Assembly (NCBI GenBank): GCA_965240325.2
Contig: OZ251238.1
Coordinates: forward strand, 1,054,001-1,118,000
DNA length: 64,000 nucleotides
Reading direction: 5' to 3'
DNA from: Rebecca billardiae RCC1528
Taxonomy: Eukaryota > Protista > Haptophyta
A model generated the notes under the pieces. The model had not been told where the DNA came from and did no database searches. It worked only from the letters and a program-made list of their open reading frames with translations. Positions 46,275-58,833 of the stretch are shown one piece after another; positions within the stretch are counted from its first letter, which is position 1, and each line of letters starts with the position of its first letter. Position numbers and translations under genes: made by a program.

Positions 46275-47442
46275 ATGGCGACTGCGCAAACACTCGCCGC
46301 GGATGTGAAGGACGTGATCGAGGATCAGCTCGAGCGGAACCTCTCGCCGAAGAAGCTGAAGCGCTACCTCGAGTTCCTCGGACCCGCGCTACTCGTCATC
46401 ACCTATGCCGAGGACGCCTTGCGGTGCGGAGCACGTGCCGCGCGCGTATTCGGCACGCGCGCGCCCAGCGCACGTGCGCCTGACGCCTCGCTCCGCCGCC
46501 GCGCGCGGCCCGGCGCCCGCCGCGCGGCGCAGCATCGTGATGCGCTGGGGCGAGCAGATGCAGTACATGACCATGCAGATGCGCTGGCCGCGCAGTATCG
46601 CGTGGCTCATCCTCATGCTCTCGCTCGTGACGCAGGCGACAGGCACGGCGGGCGTGCTGGCGCGCCGGCAAGTGAAAGCGTCGTGTTACGCGCTACTCGC
46701 GTTCACCGCGCTGCAGCCGGTCGTGTACGGGCAGCTCGACCACCCGGACTTCATGTTCCGCACGCTCACGCTGCTCGGCGGCCTGCTCCTGCTGCTGCGC
46801 CACGAGAACGACATTGCGAACGCGGGAAAGCGCAACTCTGGCAAGCAAGCGCTCAGCGGGCTCACGGGAATGGCGGACGGTCCGGGCGGCGAGGGCGGCG
46901 CCGCCGCGGGCTCGCGGCTACAGCTGATCGGGCGCGTGCTGCTGATGGTGATCTTCTTCTTCCAGGGCGCGCGCCACCTGTACACGCGCGGCCTCACCCT
47001 CTTCTCGCTCGTGGGCTACCTGGCCCTCCTCGGCCTGTGCGCGCTCGTCGTCGTCGGCTTCAAGGCGCGCTGGTCGGCAGTGATCCTCGCCGTCTCGCTC
47101 GGCATCTCGAACCTGTGGCTGTACCCGTTCTGGATGGTGCGCCGCGCGCGCCGCGCGCCATGCGCGACCCGCGTGGGCACGTGAGGCGCGGGCCCCACGC
47201 CAGAGCACTCGGGCCGCGTGCGCCCTGCCCTCCGCCGACTCGCGTGCGCACCGCCTCGTCGCTGTCGCCGCGCGTGCCGCGCGCGTCGCGCCTGCCGCTG
47301 CGCGCAGATGGATAACCGGATCCGCGACTTCTACAAGTACTACTTCTATAACACGCTCTCGATCATGGGCGGCCTGCTGCTGCTCGCGCTGTATGGGCCA
47401 GGCGGGCTCTCGGTCGACCACGGCGCAAAGAAGAGCCTCTAG
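46275..47442 (+). CDS. SURF4: SURF4/Erv29 ER cargo receptor; exons 46275-46423, 46533-47136, 47308-47442
   Basis: '[12 protein letters not shown]...W.EQ..Y', '[10 protein letters not shown]', 'LQLIGRVLL', 'VVGFKAR', '[19 protein letters not shown]...[12 protein letters not shown]' with a KKxx ER-retrieval end. Confidence 0.93.
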
Positions 47443-47856
47443 GCTCTAGCCCCTATCTCGGCCCTAGGGCCGCGGCGCCGCCGCCGGCGCGCCGGATGCC
47501 CGCGCTGGCGGTGGCCTCTCCGCTGAGGTCCCGACAGCCCATGGCGGCTCAGAGCGGACTGCGGAGAGCCGCTCAGGAGTGGGCGCCACGCTTGTCGGCC
47601 AGCGAGGGGTGCGCGCCAGCTGGCTCGGCAGGCTGGGCCTCCACCTCTCACCTGGCCGTCAGGCTCGGCGGCGAAGCGCAGCACTACACGGCCGTCGCTC
47701 GCGACACTCCGCACTCGGCCGACACGCGCTGCGTAGTAGTCCATCCATCGCGGCCGATGACGGGCATCCGTCGACATATATATTTATTTATTCCATATGC
47801 ACCACGCGGCCGCGGAACGGCGCGCCCGGACGAAACTTACTCAGCGCTGCCACTCG

Positions 47857-49324
47857 TCAGGACCCTGCTGCACTGACATCTGCGCGCTCCTCTTCCCACT
47901 TGCGGCAGTGCGGCTTGTGAGCCTTCCACGCGCGCCGCATGTGGTCGGCTGAGCAGAACACAGCCACGCGGCACTTCACGCACCTCTTGAGCCCGCGGCC
48001 CGCTTGTGCGCAGATCATGCAGCACACAGACACCACCTCACGGCAGCTAGCGAAATCGGCCATCGCCACACTGGCGTCCAAGGCGCCCCCGAGCTCGTGG
48101 GCGCTGCGAATGAGCTTCGCGCCCTCGCGCACGTCACGCTCCACGACTCGACCTTGCAGCAGCAGCTGCCCCAGCGTGGCTTGCGCGCGCGACTCCTCCG
48201 CGTCCGCCGCCAGCCGCAGGAGGCGCAGCGCCTCGGCCACGTTCTGCGGCACGCCCCTCCCTGTCAAGAGGAGCCCTCCCAGAGTATACTGCGCCTCTGC
48301 GTTGCGCTGTTCGACTGCGCGTCGGAGCCAGCGCGTCGCCTCGGCCTCGTCCTTCGGCACGCCCTCGCCGCGCATGTAACTGTCGCCCATCTTGTACTGC
48401 GCCTGCGCGTGGCCCTGCTCGGCTGACTTCCGGGTCCAGAGCACGGCCTCGGCCAGGTCTCGCGCAACGCCATCCCCGTTTGCGTAGCACACCCCCAGGT
48501 TGTACTGCGCCATGGCGTGGCCCCGCTCGGCCGCCATGCGGGACCAGCGCACCCCCTCGGCATGGTCCTGCCTCACGTCCAGCCCGCGCGTAGCACTCGC
48601 CCGCATGGTACTGCGCGAGCAAGTGGCCCTTCGCGGCTGCCTGCCGGAACAATCGCGCCGCCTCGGTCCAGTCCTGTCGCACACCCTCGCCACTGCCGAG
48701 GCGCATCGCCAGCTTGAATTGCGCGTCGGTGTCGCCCTGCTCGGCCGCCAGGCGGGACCAGCGCGCCGCCTCGCTCGAGTCCCCCGCCTCCCCGCGCGCA
48801 CACAATTCGGCGAGGGTCGACTGCGCGACGGCCAGGCCCTGCTCGGCTGCCAGCCGGATCCAGTGCACCGATTGGTCCTGGTCCTTCGGCACGCCATCGC
48901 CACGCCCGTAGCACCCTCCCAGGTTGTACTGCGCGGGGGCGAAGCCCTGCTCGGCTGCCAGCCTGCACCAGCGCACCGCCTCGGCTCGATCCCGCCGCAC
49001 GACCTCGCCGCCTCTCGCGTACTGCTCCGCCAGGAAGTACTGCGCTTCGGCGAGGCCCTGCTCGGCGGCCAGCCGGCAGAAGCGCACCGCCTCGACTGCG
49101 TCCTTCGGCACGCCCTCGCCATATGCGTAGCATTTGCCCAGGCTAAGCTGTGCTTTCGCGTCGCCCTGCTCGGCAGCCGCGCGCAGCAACTGCGCGGCCT
49201 CGCGCTCATCTCGTGCGACGCCGTTACCGTCCATAAGACGTTCGGCTAGGAGGCACGTGGCGCGCGCGCCGCCTCGTGCCGATCTGCGCCGGAGCAGCTG
49301 GACCGCGTGGCTCTCTGCAGCCAT
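47857..49324 (-). pseudogene. Sel1-repeat plus zf-MYND protein with one apparent frameshift near 48585-48590 (pseudogene or sequence error)
   Basis: Sel1 repeats (AAEQG..AQY.LG..Y..G.GV..D..EA..W) run in one frame to 'GECYA' and resume in another frame at 'GLDVRQD'. MYND 'CMIC...LKRCVKCRVAVFCS.DHMRRAWKAHKPHC'. Confidence 0.85.
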
Positions 49325-49606
49325 CGTCTCACGCTCGGCGCTACGTAACCTTGCCACCCTTTGCCGCCGAGCCGCCCGAGCGATCGCGGCTCCCGCCCAA
49401 ACCGCGCGCCACGGCGTGCGAGCCGGGCGGGAGGACGGTCCGGGTTCACAACTTCACGCACTATTTCAGTACTTTCACTGGTCACCGGAACCACTGCTCC
49501 CGACCGGCTGAGTGGCTGGTCAGGAGCAAGGACGCGAAACGGCCAGTCGTCGCGCGGCTGCCGCGGCACCGTTCGCCAGCCGTGACACGCGGTGACGTCC
49601 GCCGCC

Positions 49607-50881
49607 ATGCGCTCCGCTGCGATTGCGGTCGTCACCCTCCTCAACGCCGTGCGCGCGGCCTCACCATGGAGCCAGTATATCCCAGCAGGCTTTGGGGGCG
49701 GCTCTGCCGGCGGCTCTGCGGGCGGCGGCAGCCCGATGAGTCAGTATGGCCCGGTGTCGCTCCCGCGCAAGCCGGCGCTCGGCTTGGCCGCCGAGGTCAA
49801 CAGCACGTGCGGCGAGAGGACGTTCACGCTTCGCTTCGAGTCGTCGAGCTCGTTCAGCTCGGGGTTCGTCGGCTCGGTCGTCGTCGAGCCGTGGACGCGC
49901 GACCTCCTCGTTCAGCTCAACTACTCGCGGACGGATGTCAATGTACAACGCCTGTGGAACGGAGACATTGTGGATGGCGCGGGCAAGCCCGTCGCCGCCT
50001 ACGACCTGCTGACGGGCAAGGGCGGGCAGGCGTACGGCGTGAAGCTGCACAACGCGTCCGTCGCGTCGAGCGCGAGCGCGCCTCCGGACTCAGTCTCCTT
50101 CATGGCACAGGGCACCGCGCAGCCTCCGGAGATGAGCGTGATTGGCTGCGCATCCATTGATGATGACGGCGCGGACGGCGGGTCTGAGCTCGGGTACGAG
50201 CAGGGCACGACGTGGCCGGGCGGCTTCGTCGCCGCCGTGATCGTGCGCCCCTGGACCGAGGGCGAGCTGCTCGCCCTCGACTTCACCTCGTCCCCGGGCG
50301 TCAGCCTCAGCCACCTCACGGATGCGACCGTGGAGCGAGCGGACGGCGGCAGCCACCTGACGATTGTCCGGCTGGGAAATCTCACCGTGCGCACCGGATC
50401 GGACGGCATGCGTCCACCCTCGTCGTTTGCGATCCAGGGCTTTGGCACCGTGAGCGCTCCTCCCAAGATCAGTCGCTTGCTGCGCGCAGCGCGCGCCACG
50501 CCCGCCCAATCGGATGGCCACGTGCACAGCCGCGCCGGCAGGTCTGGCCTGCGCCAGCTGGTGATGGCGGCGGCCTTCGCGCTTGGCTCGGCGAGCGCCG
50601 TCATGGCGCTCGGCGTGTACGAGTACCACCGTCGTCGTGTGCGGCGCTGCACGCTGCTTCCAGACCACTTTGGCCCGCGGGGCGACGTGCCGCAGCCGGA
50701 GCGCCCTGCACGTGGCCCTGGTGGCGGTGTTGCGCGCGCGGCCGCTGGGCGATGGCTCGGCTTCTGCCCAGGCTCGGCGGCATGGGCAACGATGGCGGCA
50801 TCTGCGCGGGGTGTCAGCAGCGCAGGTGCTGGCGACGGTGAGGACTACTACAGCTCGTTTCCGCTGGTGACCAGCGGGTGA
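49607..50881 (+). CDS. Type I membrane protein with two CBM2-like (carbohydrate-binding) modules
   Basis: Signal peptide; modules 'SSFSSGFVGSVVVEPW...LWNG' and 'TTWPGGFVAAVIVRPW' resemble CBM2 'SW.GGF.A.V.V'; TM helix followed by RRRVRR. Confidence 0.7.
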   Translation: MRSAAIAVVTLLNAVRAASPWSQYIPAGFGGGSAGGSAGGGSPMSQYGPVSLPRKPALGLAAEVNSTCGERTFTLRFESSSSFSSGFVGSVVVEPWTRDLLVQLNYSRTDVNVQRLWNGDIVDGAGKPVAAYDLLTGKGGQAYGVKLHNASVASSASAPPDSVSFMAQGTAQPPEMSVIGCASIDDDGADGGSELGYEQGTTWPGGFVAAVIVRPWTEGELLALDFTSSPGVSLSHLTDATVERADGGSHLTIVRLGNLTVRTGSDGMRPPSSFAIQGFGTVSAPPKISRLLRAARATPAQSDGHVHSRAGRSGLRQLVMAAAFALGSASAVMALGVYEYHRRRVRRCTLLPDHFGPRGDVPQPERPARGPGGGVARAAAGRWLGFCPGSAAWATMAASARGVSSAGAGDGEDYYSSFPLVTSG

Positions 50882-53000
50882 TGCGGCGCCGCGGCTGCCT
50901 CGGAAGTGCGTCCCGTAGTACCTGCGGCTCCCCGCGTAGTCCTGCCGCCGCCTTATTTATTCGGGGGGCGCCGCCCGCCGGCCCGACGCCTCGCCCGAGT
51001 CGCCGCCCTCAGGCCGAGGGCGAGGCGGAGGCCGCAGCCGCTGCCAGCCCGCCAGGCCGCTGAGCGCAGGCCTCAGGTCCGGCGCGGTCCGTCGACGCGC
51101 CGCGGCGCCATGCCCGTGCATGACGAGCACTGGCCCGACTGGGCGACTGGCCGCCGGCACTGCCGGCCCGCACTCCGCAGGCGGCCCGCGGCCACTGGAC
51201 GGTCCGCCGGTCCGGTCACTCACAGCCTGCTGATACTGACGTCACAGGACCAGCCGAGCCCGGCCCCGGGCCGAACGGACGCCAACAGGACCGGGACTGC
51301 TGTGATTGTGAATAGTGTAGTAACTAACTGTAAATGTAATGTGATTGACACGCGGCAGTCGTCAGTCAGTAGTCACTCCGAGCCATCAGTGTGATGCGAC
51401 GACTGAGTGACTAGAGTCACACTCTCACACTCGAGTCAGCGACGAGTGACTGACGAGACCCGCGAAGTATACCCTAATAACAAGCGGTAACTCACCGGGG
51501 CCAGTACTCTCTCTCTCTCTCTATATATATATAGGCGGGTAACCCGTGGGCGCCGCAGGCATTGTCGCACTCACAGTGTCAGTGACTTCAGACTCACTAC
51601 ACTGAGTCACTGTGCCACGGTCACAGTGGGCACCAATTGTCGCCATCACCAATTCAAATTGGCAGCAATTTGCCTGTCCAACGTAGCTAGTGACCGAACG
51701 CCCGTCCGAACGGTCAGTGTCACGGACGACTTACGCCGGGTCACGGAGTTACTGCTGGACTACGCCTACGGAGCCCGATCGAGTACACCGTGCGGCGTAC
51801 CGGGAGCGTTACTACTTAGTCTTACTCAGACGCGAACGCGTTAAGGGAATAGGGGCGGCCCGGCCCGTCCGCCGTCGGGCCGTCCGATTCAGCCATATCA
51901 ATCAATAAGTGATATGATCAACCCGAACCGGCCCGAGCCGGAGCCACCTGGCCGCAGCAAGTAGGGTGGACGGGATAGCAGCTTCAAGTACCTGGAACAC
52001 GGACCCACAAGGACAAATCCAATAAATATGACGATGACTAATTAATCAAGCGCGGCGCCGCGGGCCGCCGTGGCGCGCAGTCGGTACGCGGCGGCGCCGC
52101 GGGCCCGGACGCGGGCGCCGCGCCGCCCGCGCCACGCGCCGCGGCCGGCGCGGCCCGGCCGGCGATGCGCCGCTCGACGACTTGTCATCGTCCGAGACGT
52201 CAGTGGGCCAGTGGCTCAGTCGTCGTCGGGACTCGAGCAAGAAAGGACGCCTTCGGTGCGCAGCCTCCCTCAGACGCGACAGCACCTGCTGCCGCTGGGA
52301 CGGCAGCACCGCCGACGCTGGATCGCAAGCTGCGCGAACTGGCCACTGGCCGTCTTGATATAGTAGTTGATTTTCTGGCGGCGGACTGGCGGACTACAAC
52401 TTGACGACGTATGTAGTACTTGTAGTTATACGTCTGATTCGATTAATTTTTCCGCCTGCTCATGCTGCTGCATGCAGCATGATCTGATGCAGCGGCATTT
52501 TCCTGGTCAGGGCCTGGCACTGGCAGTACCGCACCGGTCCCGTGACCGCAGTCACAGTGTCAGTCCGCAGCTCTTAGCCAGTACGCGGCCGGTCTCATCC
52601 GTCATCGGAGTCCGCATCAGCTCTTATTAGCCAGTACGCGGCCGTTGACTACTGACACTGTCGATCATTCCGCCAGTAGTAATTATAATAGTTACGCTGT
52701 AGTCTAGTACTCTGTAGTGCACTCCTGCCTGTCTGTAAGTAGTGTACCGGCGTCGTCGTATATATGAAATATATAAACTACCGGCGGCGCGCTCAACTTC
52801 CACGATCGATCGAGTCCGATCGACGATATATATATTCCAGCGCCTATTATTATTATATATAATATATATTATAATATATATTAAGCCTTATTGATGGGCT
52901 TGCCGCCGTGGGCCGCAACCCTTTTTAGAGATGAGAGACAGAGTGCCCGATCGTCAGCCCAAGACGACAGGCTGCTAAGACTGGACTCATCAGTCATCAA

Positions 53001-54606
53001 TCAGTGGCGCCCGCCGCCCGCCATGAGGGCCTGTGGCAGTGGCGCGGACTGCCCCATCCCGCCGGGCGCCTGGCTGAGCCGCTTGAGCACGAGGGTGTGC
53101 GAGACGACGCCGATGCGGATCTCCATTGCCCTCGCCTCCTGCTTCAGCTTCGTCAGCGCCGACTTGATCTTGACGATCGGCGACGTGTCCGTCATCGCCG
53201 AGCCACGCTCGTCCATGCGCCCCTTGACGGTCTGCAGCTCCTCCGTCACGGCGGCGAGCTCGGTCTGCAGCCGGTTGATTAGCTCGGACGACTTGTTGTA
53301 CTCCTCCTGCTTGGACGCGAAGTCCGCCTGCTTCGCCGCGTACTCCTGGATGTCCGCCTCGCACTGCATGTTCAGCTTCTGCTCGATCTTGCCCACCATG
53401 TCGAGGGTCTCGGTGAGCTCCGTGCGGATCTTCTCGAGCGCGCCCGTCGAGGCGGGCATCCGCTCCGCGACCGCCTCGTGGTGCGCCTTGGCCTGCGCGA
53501 TGTGCGTGCGCCACTCCTTGCCGTCCGAGACGACGGTCACCTTGAGCTGCGGCAGCACGCGCTCAAGCTCGAGCCGCCACTCCTCGGGCTCGATGCTTGG
53601 CTCGATAGTGGTCGGCGCCTGCCTGCTCGGCAGCGGCAGCCGCGCGGCACGCGGCGCGCGGCGCGCGGCGCGCGGCATCGGGTGGTGAGCGAAGCGCGCG
53701 TGCGGTGATGCCGCGCGGCCGGCAGCGCGCGTGCGGGCGCGCACGTGTTCCCCGCGTCCTCCGCCACGTGGATCCCCGCCGCGCCGTAGTACAGGTCGTC
53801 CTCGTCCTCCGTGTCCGCGCCCACCTCGTCGGCGATCGCGTCGGCGTCGAGCGCCGCGTCCTCGTCCACCTGCGCCTCCTCCGTGTAGTCGTCCGGCCGG
53901 TGGTACGGCTTCTGGAACTCCTGGTTGAGCCGCTCGAGGAGGGAGAGCAGGATCGCGCAGACCGCGTCGCCGTGGCCCAGCTTCACCTTCATTGGCGCGT
54001 AGTCGTTCGGCACGTCGAGCTTCTTGAGCTCGATGGCTGCGCGCGGCGCGCGGCGCGCGTGCGCGAGCACGGGCGGCGGTGGAACGAGCGCGAGCCATCA
54101 GATCGACGCATGCGCACGGCGTGTGCGCGCAGAGGCGTGGGGCTGTCAGCCGCGCGAGCGCGGAGCGTGCGCGCACTCAGGTTCGCGACCGTCGAGTTCG
54201 GGTCGTCGTAGTGGCTCGGTGGCTTGCAGTCGTTGCCCAGCTTGTTCATGAGCCACGTTGCCAGCGTCGTGAAATAGTGAAACTGCTCAGCCGGGTTGGA
54301 CGAGGGCATCGCAAAGAAGGTGCGCGTGAGCGGGCGGAAGCCCTTGGGGAAGAAGGTCTGCTCGTAGTTGAGCAGCTTCAGACGCTCGAGGATCTCCTCC
54401 ATCATCATGAAGCTGTTCTGCTCGCTGGGCCCATCCAGCTTGGGCGGCGCCGCTCGGCGCTCGGTACCGCCCGCCGGTGCGTACGGCTCGCCTCCGGCGG
54501 CAGGCGGAGGCGGTGCCTCCGGCTGCGCATACGCCTCGGGTTGCCCAGACGGAAACGCCTCGGGCTGCCCGGGCGGAGGGAGGTCCTGCCCGTCCCCGTA
54601 TTCCAT
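53001..54606 (-). CDS. IFT57: Intraflagellar transport protein 57; exons 54606-54177, 54036-53745, 53622-53001
   Basis: 'MEEILERLKLLNYE', 'NPAEQFHYF', 'YDDPNST', 'K.GHGDAVC', 'EEWRLELERVLPQLK...D.KEWRTH', 'MDERGSAMTDTSPIVKIK.AL.KLK.E...M.IRIGVV'. Confidence 0.95.
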
Positions 54607-55377
54607 GCGGCTCGCACCACCCCCCCTTTGCTGGCTGGCCGCCTTCAACGGACGACACGATGGAGTCCGCGGGCCGGTTCGCGGCTTGGAGTTTTTTTGA
54701 AAGGCGGAGAAAAACGCTTTGTCGTCGCGACAATCGCGTGTATTCAGTATGATGATCGGTGAATATTATTATTGAATATTCGCGATTTTCAGACGCGACG
54801 TACGATATTTTCTGACGCTGGGTGCGCCCGCACCGCTGCACCCAGCACCGTGCACGGCGCAGTGCGCAACGTCCCCCACCGTCTCCTAAGGCCCGCTCGA
54901 TCAATGGTACTGATCGTCGCGCCGAGCCGCAGCTGGTCGCGACGAGCAATTTAAAATAGCAGCATCGGCAACCCGGCCAGAGAATGAGAGATGAGAGAAG
55001 GCCACGGCGTCCGCGGCGCGGCCGGCGCCATCGCCATGCGCAGCGCGCCGCACGCCACGCGCTCGGCCGTGGTCATGTTATTGAATATTGTTCCATGTCC
55101 ATGTCCATGACTCAATAAATCCATGACCATGGCCTAGATGGCTTCAGGCTTGGAGCAGCCCGAGCCTTGCGACATGTTGCCTTGAGTGACAACGACCTGG
55201 AACCCGCCGTCAGCGCAAACTTACCCGAATTGAGCGTCACGCGCCAGCGCGCGCCCACACGGCGCGCGTGGCGCTGCAGCCCGTGACGCAGCGGTGTGCG
55301 CGCCGCCGCGGCCGAGGCCCCGCCGGTCGCGCGCAACTCGAATGACGGATCGACCAGCAGCACCAAAAAAAAACTCG

Positions 55378-56079
55378 TCAAAAGTCTTCTGGCCACTTCT
55401 CCCAGAGCGAGGGCAGCAGCAGGTGGTGCCCGTCGTGGAAGTCGCCGAAGATCTGCCCGACGAGCGGGTGCTCCACGGGGATGCTTGCGTCGTCGGAGCC
55501 GGGCTCGACCGGTATCAGATTCTCCTCCGCCGCGAGCGCGATGAAGGGCCGCGGCCGGTCGCGCGTGCACACGCACGTCTTATAGAAGGCCTGCATGAGG
55601 CCTTTTTCGAAGGGGCCGTACTCGTCCACCCACGTCTCGCCCGCGGGGCACCGCGGGAACCAGTCGATCACCACGCCGCGGAAGCCATGCTTCTTGTGCC
55701 GGTAGACAGTGCCGATGTCCAGAGCCACATGCGCAGGCTTGGGCACCCACGTATCCGACAAGAGCGTCGCGCGGCGCGTGCCGAGCCGGCGGATCGCGTC
55801 GAAGGCGACGTCGACCACCTCGTCCCCCGGGTCGCGCCCGACGACTTCACGCCGGAACGCGGCACTGAGCGCCGCGCGCACGCTCGGCGGCGCCCCTGTC
55901 GCATCGACAAGCTCTTGCGCCTCTGGCGTCAGCGGGCGGTGAAGAGCGCGCTCGAGCCGCGCGAGCTCGCGATGCACGTCCACCTGTCCCGCGCGGCGAG
56001 TGAGCACCTGGTCCAGCCCGCGCGCCTCCTGAAGGACGGCCTTGTACAGCACGGCCGCCAGCCGGCTCCTGCTCGCCAT
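55378..56079 (-). CDS. YccV/HspQ (hemimethylated DNA-binding-like) domain protein
   Basis: 'IGTVYRHKKHGFRGVVIDW.P.C', 'QAFY', 'AEENL', 'VEHPLV...F..F'. Confidence 0.88.
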   Translation of the reverse strand: MASRSRLAAVLYKAVLQEARGLDQVLTRRAGQVDVHRELARLERALHRPLTPEAQELVDATGAPPSVRAALSAAFRREVVGRDPGDEVVDVAFDAIRRLGTRRATLLSDTWVPKPAHVALDIGTVYRHKKHGFRGVVIDWFPRCPAGETWVDEYGPFEKGLMQAFYKTCVCTRDRPRPFIALAAEENLIPVEPGSDDASIPVEHPLVGQIFGDFHDGHHLLLPSLWEKWPEDF

Positions 56080-56228
56080 CCCCCGTCGCGACGACGTCGG
56101 TCGTTCGGGAGTCTGGCCGTGGTGCAAGCTCGTGCCGACCGGGACGGTTCCGTGGCCCGACCGGACGCAGAAAGGGAAAGTAGGGTCGAGATCCAGGCGG
56201 AGAGCTGCTGTTGGCGCGGGCTGTTGCA

Positions 56229-57434
56229 ATGCCGACGCCAGACGACGCGGTGGCGCGCGAGCATGAGACGCGGCCGCTGCTGCTGCAGGCGCCCGACGAG
56301 GACGAGCGGCCTCTCTCGCCGCAGTCGAGCGAGCGCCGCGCCTTCTCCACCTTCCGGGACTGGACGGTGATCGCGTGCCTTCTCGGCGCGGCCGTTGCAC
56401 TCGTCGCGTGCTCGGTGCTGCTGCTGGGCCGCCGCACGCGCACGCGCGTGGGCACGTCGCAGCCGACGAACATCACGCTGCTCGAGAACGGTTTCACCGT
56501 GGTGCTGAACACGTTCCGCCGGAATGCGTGCCTGCAGATGGCCTTCGAGCACTGGGCGAGCTGCAACGCGGTCGCGCAGATCCGAGTCTCGTGGTCAGAC
56601 GTTGAGCGGCGCCCGCCGCTGTGGTTGCGCGCGCGCGCGACAGCCGAGCCCGAGCGCGTGGTGATCGACACGTACAAGTACAACCGGCTGTCGAATCGCT
56701 TCAGGCCCCTTGCCAGCGTGCCCACCGACGCGCTCTTCTCCGTCGACGACGACCTGTACTACTCGTGCGAGCTGATGGCAGAGGCGCACGAGGAGTGGCG
56801 GAGGCGCCGAGCGCACGCAGCCGCGCGCGGCAAGGGCGCGCCGATGGTGGGCTTCGCGGCGCGGCTGCTGCGCGACGGGCCGTACGACTGGCCGCAGCCG
56901 TACCGCAAGCCGTTCGTCAAGAACACGCTCTTCGTCACCAAGGGCGCGTTCCTCTCGCGCGACGACCTTGACCTGTTCTGGCGGCCTGAATATTCGCCGA
57001 TCGTTCGGCACGTGGACGAGCACACGACTGCGGAGGATATCTCGATGAGCGTGATATTCGCGGCGTTGAGACGGGTGCCGCCGGTGCACGTCGGGATGGC
57101 GAGGGGGCAGCTCACCGAGCTGTGCTGCTCGGCGTCGACCGTCTTCTCTGAGGGCATCGCCGCCGTCAAGCCTCGCTCGGCCGCGAAGCGCAAAGCGGAG
57201 CGGGCGTGCCGGAAGGGTAAGAGAAGCTCGCTGCACGCGCGCACCGCCACCTTCCGGCTGAACATCCAGCGGGAGGCGGTGAAGCTCGCGGGCGACGCGA
57301 TCATGCGGATCAACACGACGGAGGTGAAGCTCCTGCCCTCCACGCTGCGCCTCCTCAACGGCGCGAACGCCTCCACACCGGCGCTCGTCGAGCATGCGTA
57401 CAAGCGCGCGCAGCTTGTCGCCGTCCGCTTGTGA
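56229..57434 (+). CDS. Glycosyltransferase family 64 (EXTL2-like), type II membrane
   Basis: TM helix, then 'FTVVLNTFRR', 'IRVSW', 'LSNRF.P', 'TDALFSVDDD', 'MVGF.AR', 'EDISM'. Confidence 0.9.
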   Translation: MPTPDDAVAREHETRPLLLQAPDEDERPLSPQSSERRAFSTFRDWTVIACLLGAAVALVACSVLLLGRRTRTRVGTSQPTNITLLENGFTVVLNTFRRNACLQMAFEHWASCNAVAQIRVSWSDVERRPPLWLRARATAEPERVVIDTYKYNRLSNRFRPLASVPTDALFSVDDDLYYSCELMAEAHEEWRRRRAHAAARGKGAPMVGFAARLLRDGPYDWPQPYRKPFVKNTLFVTKGAFLSRDDLDLFWRPEYSPIVRHVDEHTTAEDISMSVIFAALRRVPPVHVGMARGQLTELCCSASTVFSEGIAAVKPRSAAKRKAERACRKGKRSSLHARTATFRLNIQREAVKLAGDAIMRINTTEVKLLPSTLRLLNGANASTPALVEHAYKRAQLVAVRL

Positions 57435-58833
57435 CGCATCTGGCAGCCCGCGGCCCGGCGGTGGCATCTGACAGCCGAGCCGACCGACGAGCGGCTGGAC
57501 GTGCCGGCGCGACGCGCCTGGCAGGGCGCGGGCTGCGATCTGGGTGGCTCTCAGGGGCTGAGCCCTTCGCGGCTGGTGCGGTGGTGCGCACGATAAATGA
57601 CTGTTCCGCAGCCGCCCTGCGGCCGGCTCGCTCATCTCGCGGAGTCTCTCGGAAGTCGGAGGACTTCTCTGAGGGAGACTCTGACGCCGCGGATGGCGTC
57701 TCGGCTGCGGAGCCTGAGGGCTGGCTGCTCGGGCTGCCGCTGGTATCCGCCGGGCTTATGGCGCCCGAACCACGGATCCGCGCAGCCTGCCGCGGGCCGC
57801 CTGCCGGCCAGGGCCTGCCGCCCGGCGCCCGGGGCACTGCGCGCGGTCTGCGTGCGGACGAGTGCTACGCTATAGCAGCAGTGACAGAGTATAGTAGCTC
57901 AGAATTCATCAGACGAAGTACGGCCTCAGTGGCAGCAGCATGCCAGAGCCTGAGATGAGCCTCAGAGATCACGCATGATTGCGGTGAGCACTGAGCGGAC
58001 CGAGCCCCGTAAGGCGTAAGGCACCGGTTGCAGCCGGTCCGGCGCGCGCCGGCCTGTCGCGAACGGGAGTCATGATGGTCCCAGCGTGGCCGAGAAGCGT
58101 GGCGCTTCCTTGCGCCAGGCCATGCTGCCTGTCACAATGGGCTCTCCCGCGTCCGCTGCCGCTTTCTCTCCGCCTCAGCCAGCGGCTCTCCGATTGAGAG
58201 GCGTGGCGTGTCGTCGAGCGAGGAGAAGAGCTTCAGTGTGGTCTGCGGTGTCTCGATGCCCCATGTTCTCGTCGTCGTGCGCGGAGACGTCACGCCCGCC
58301 TCCGCCAGGTACATGGCCCGCAGCTCGTTCTGCTCCTGCTCGCGCACCATCTGCTCGAGCTCCTGAAGAGCCGCGCGCTCCGTCCGCTCCTGTGCAAGAC
58401 GAGCACGCTCGTCGTCCGATAGTGACGACTCGAAGATCTCTTCTTCCAGATCACGGAGGGCGTCGTCAGTGAAGCTACTGGCGCGTAGGTCCTCCACAGA
58501 CGACTCGCGGTCGGGGTCCGCGCTCGTCATTGCCCCCTTTCCCCCGCGGAGCACCGGGGATACCCTCGCCAGGGAGGGCGCGGCGCCCCTTTATGGAGCC
58601 TTGCTTTCTGGTGGCCTTGGCGAGTGGAAGCCAGTCGTCGGGGCTGTAGGGCTGATGTGAGTCGTCGTTTTCGTCACAGGTCATCACAACGCCCCTATTT
58701 GTCACCGCTCGCACTAGTAATCGATACCGGTTGCCACCGAGGAAGATTGGATCTCGCCAGGCACAAGAAACGTCGCACGAACGTAACGAACCAATTCTAT
58801 GATTTAAAGACACAGGCACGAGGGCGCAGCTCT

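Noticed and set aside
51360-51630. GACT/CAGT/GAGTC-rich intergenic patches (also about 30420-30620)
   Set aside because: Low-complexity and aperiodic; no definable element or motif boundaries.
30935-54606. Possible ciliary gene cluster (LRRC56, Rab8, IFT57)
   Set aside because: Interspersed with unrelated genes, no shared motif seen; plausible by chance in a flagellate.
58132-58554. Acidic coiled-coil-like 140 aa ORF
   Set aside because: Could be a gene or transposon fragment, but no motif or gene structure supports a call.
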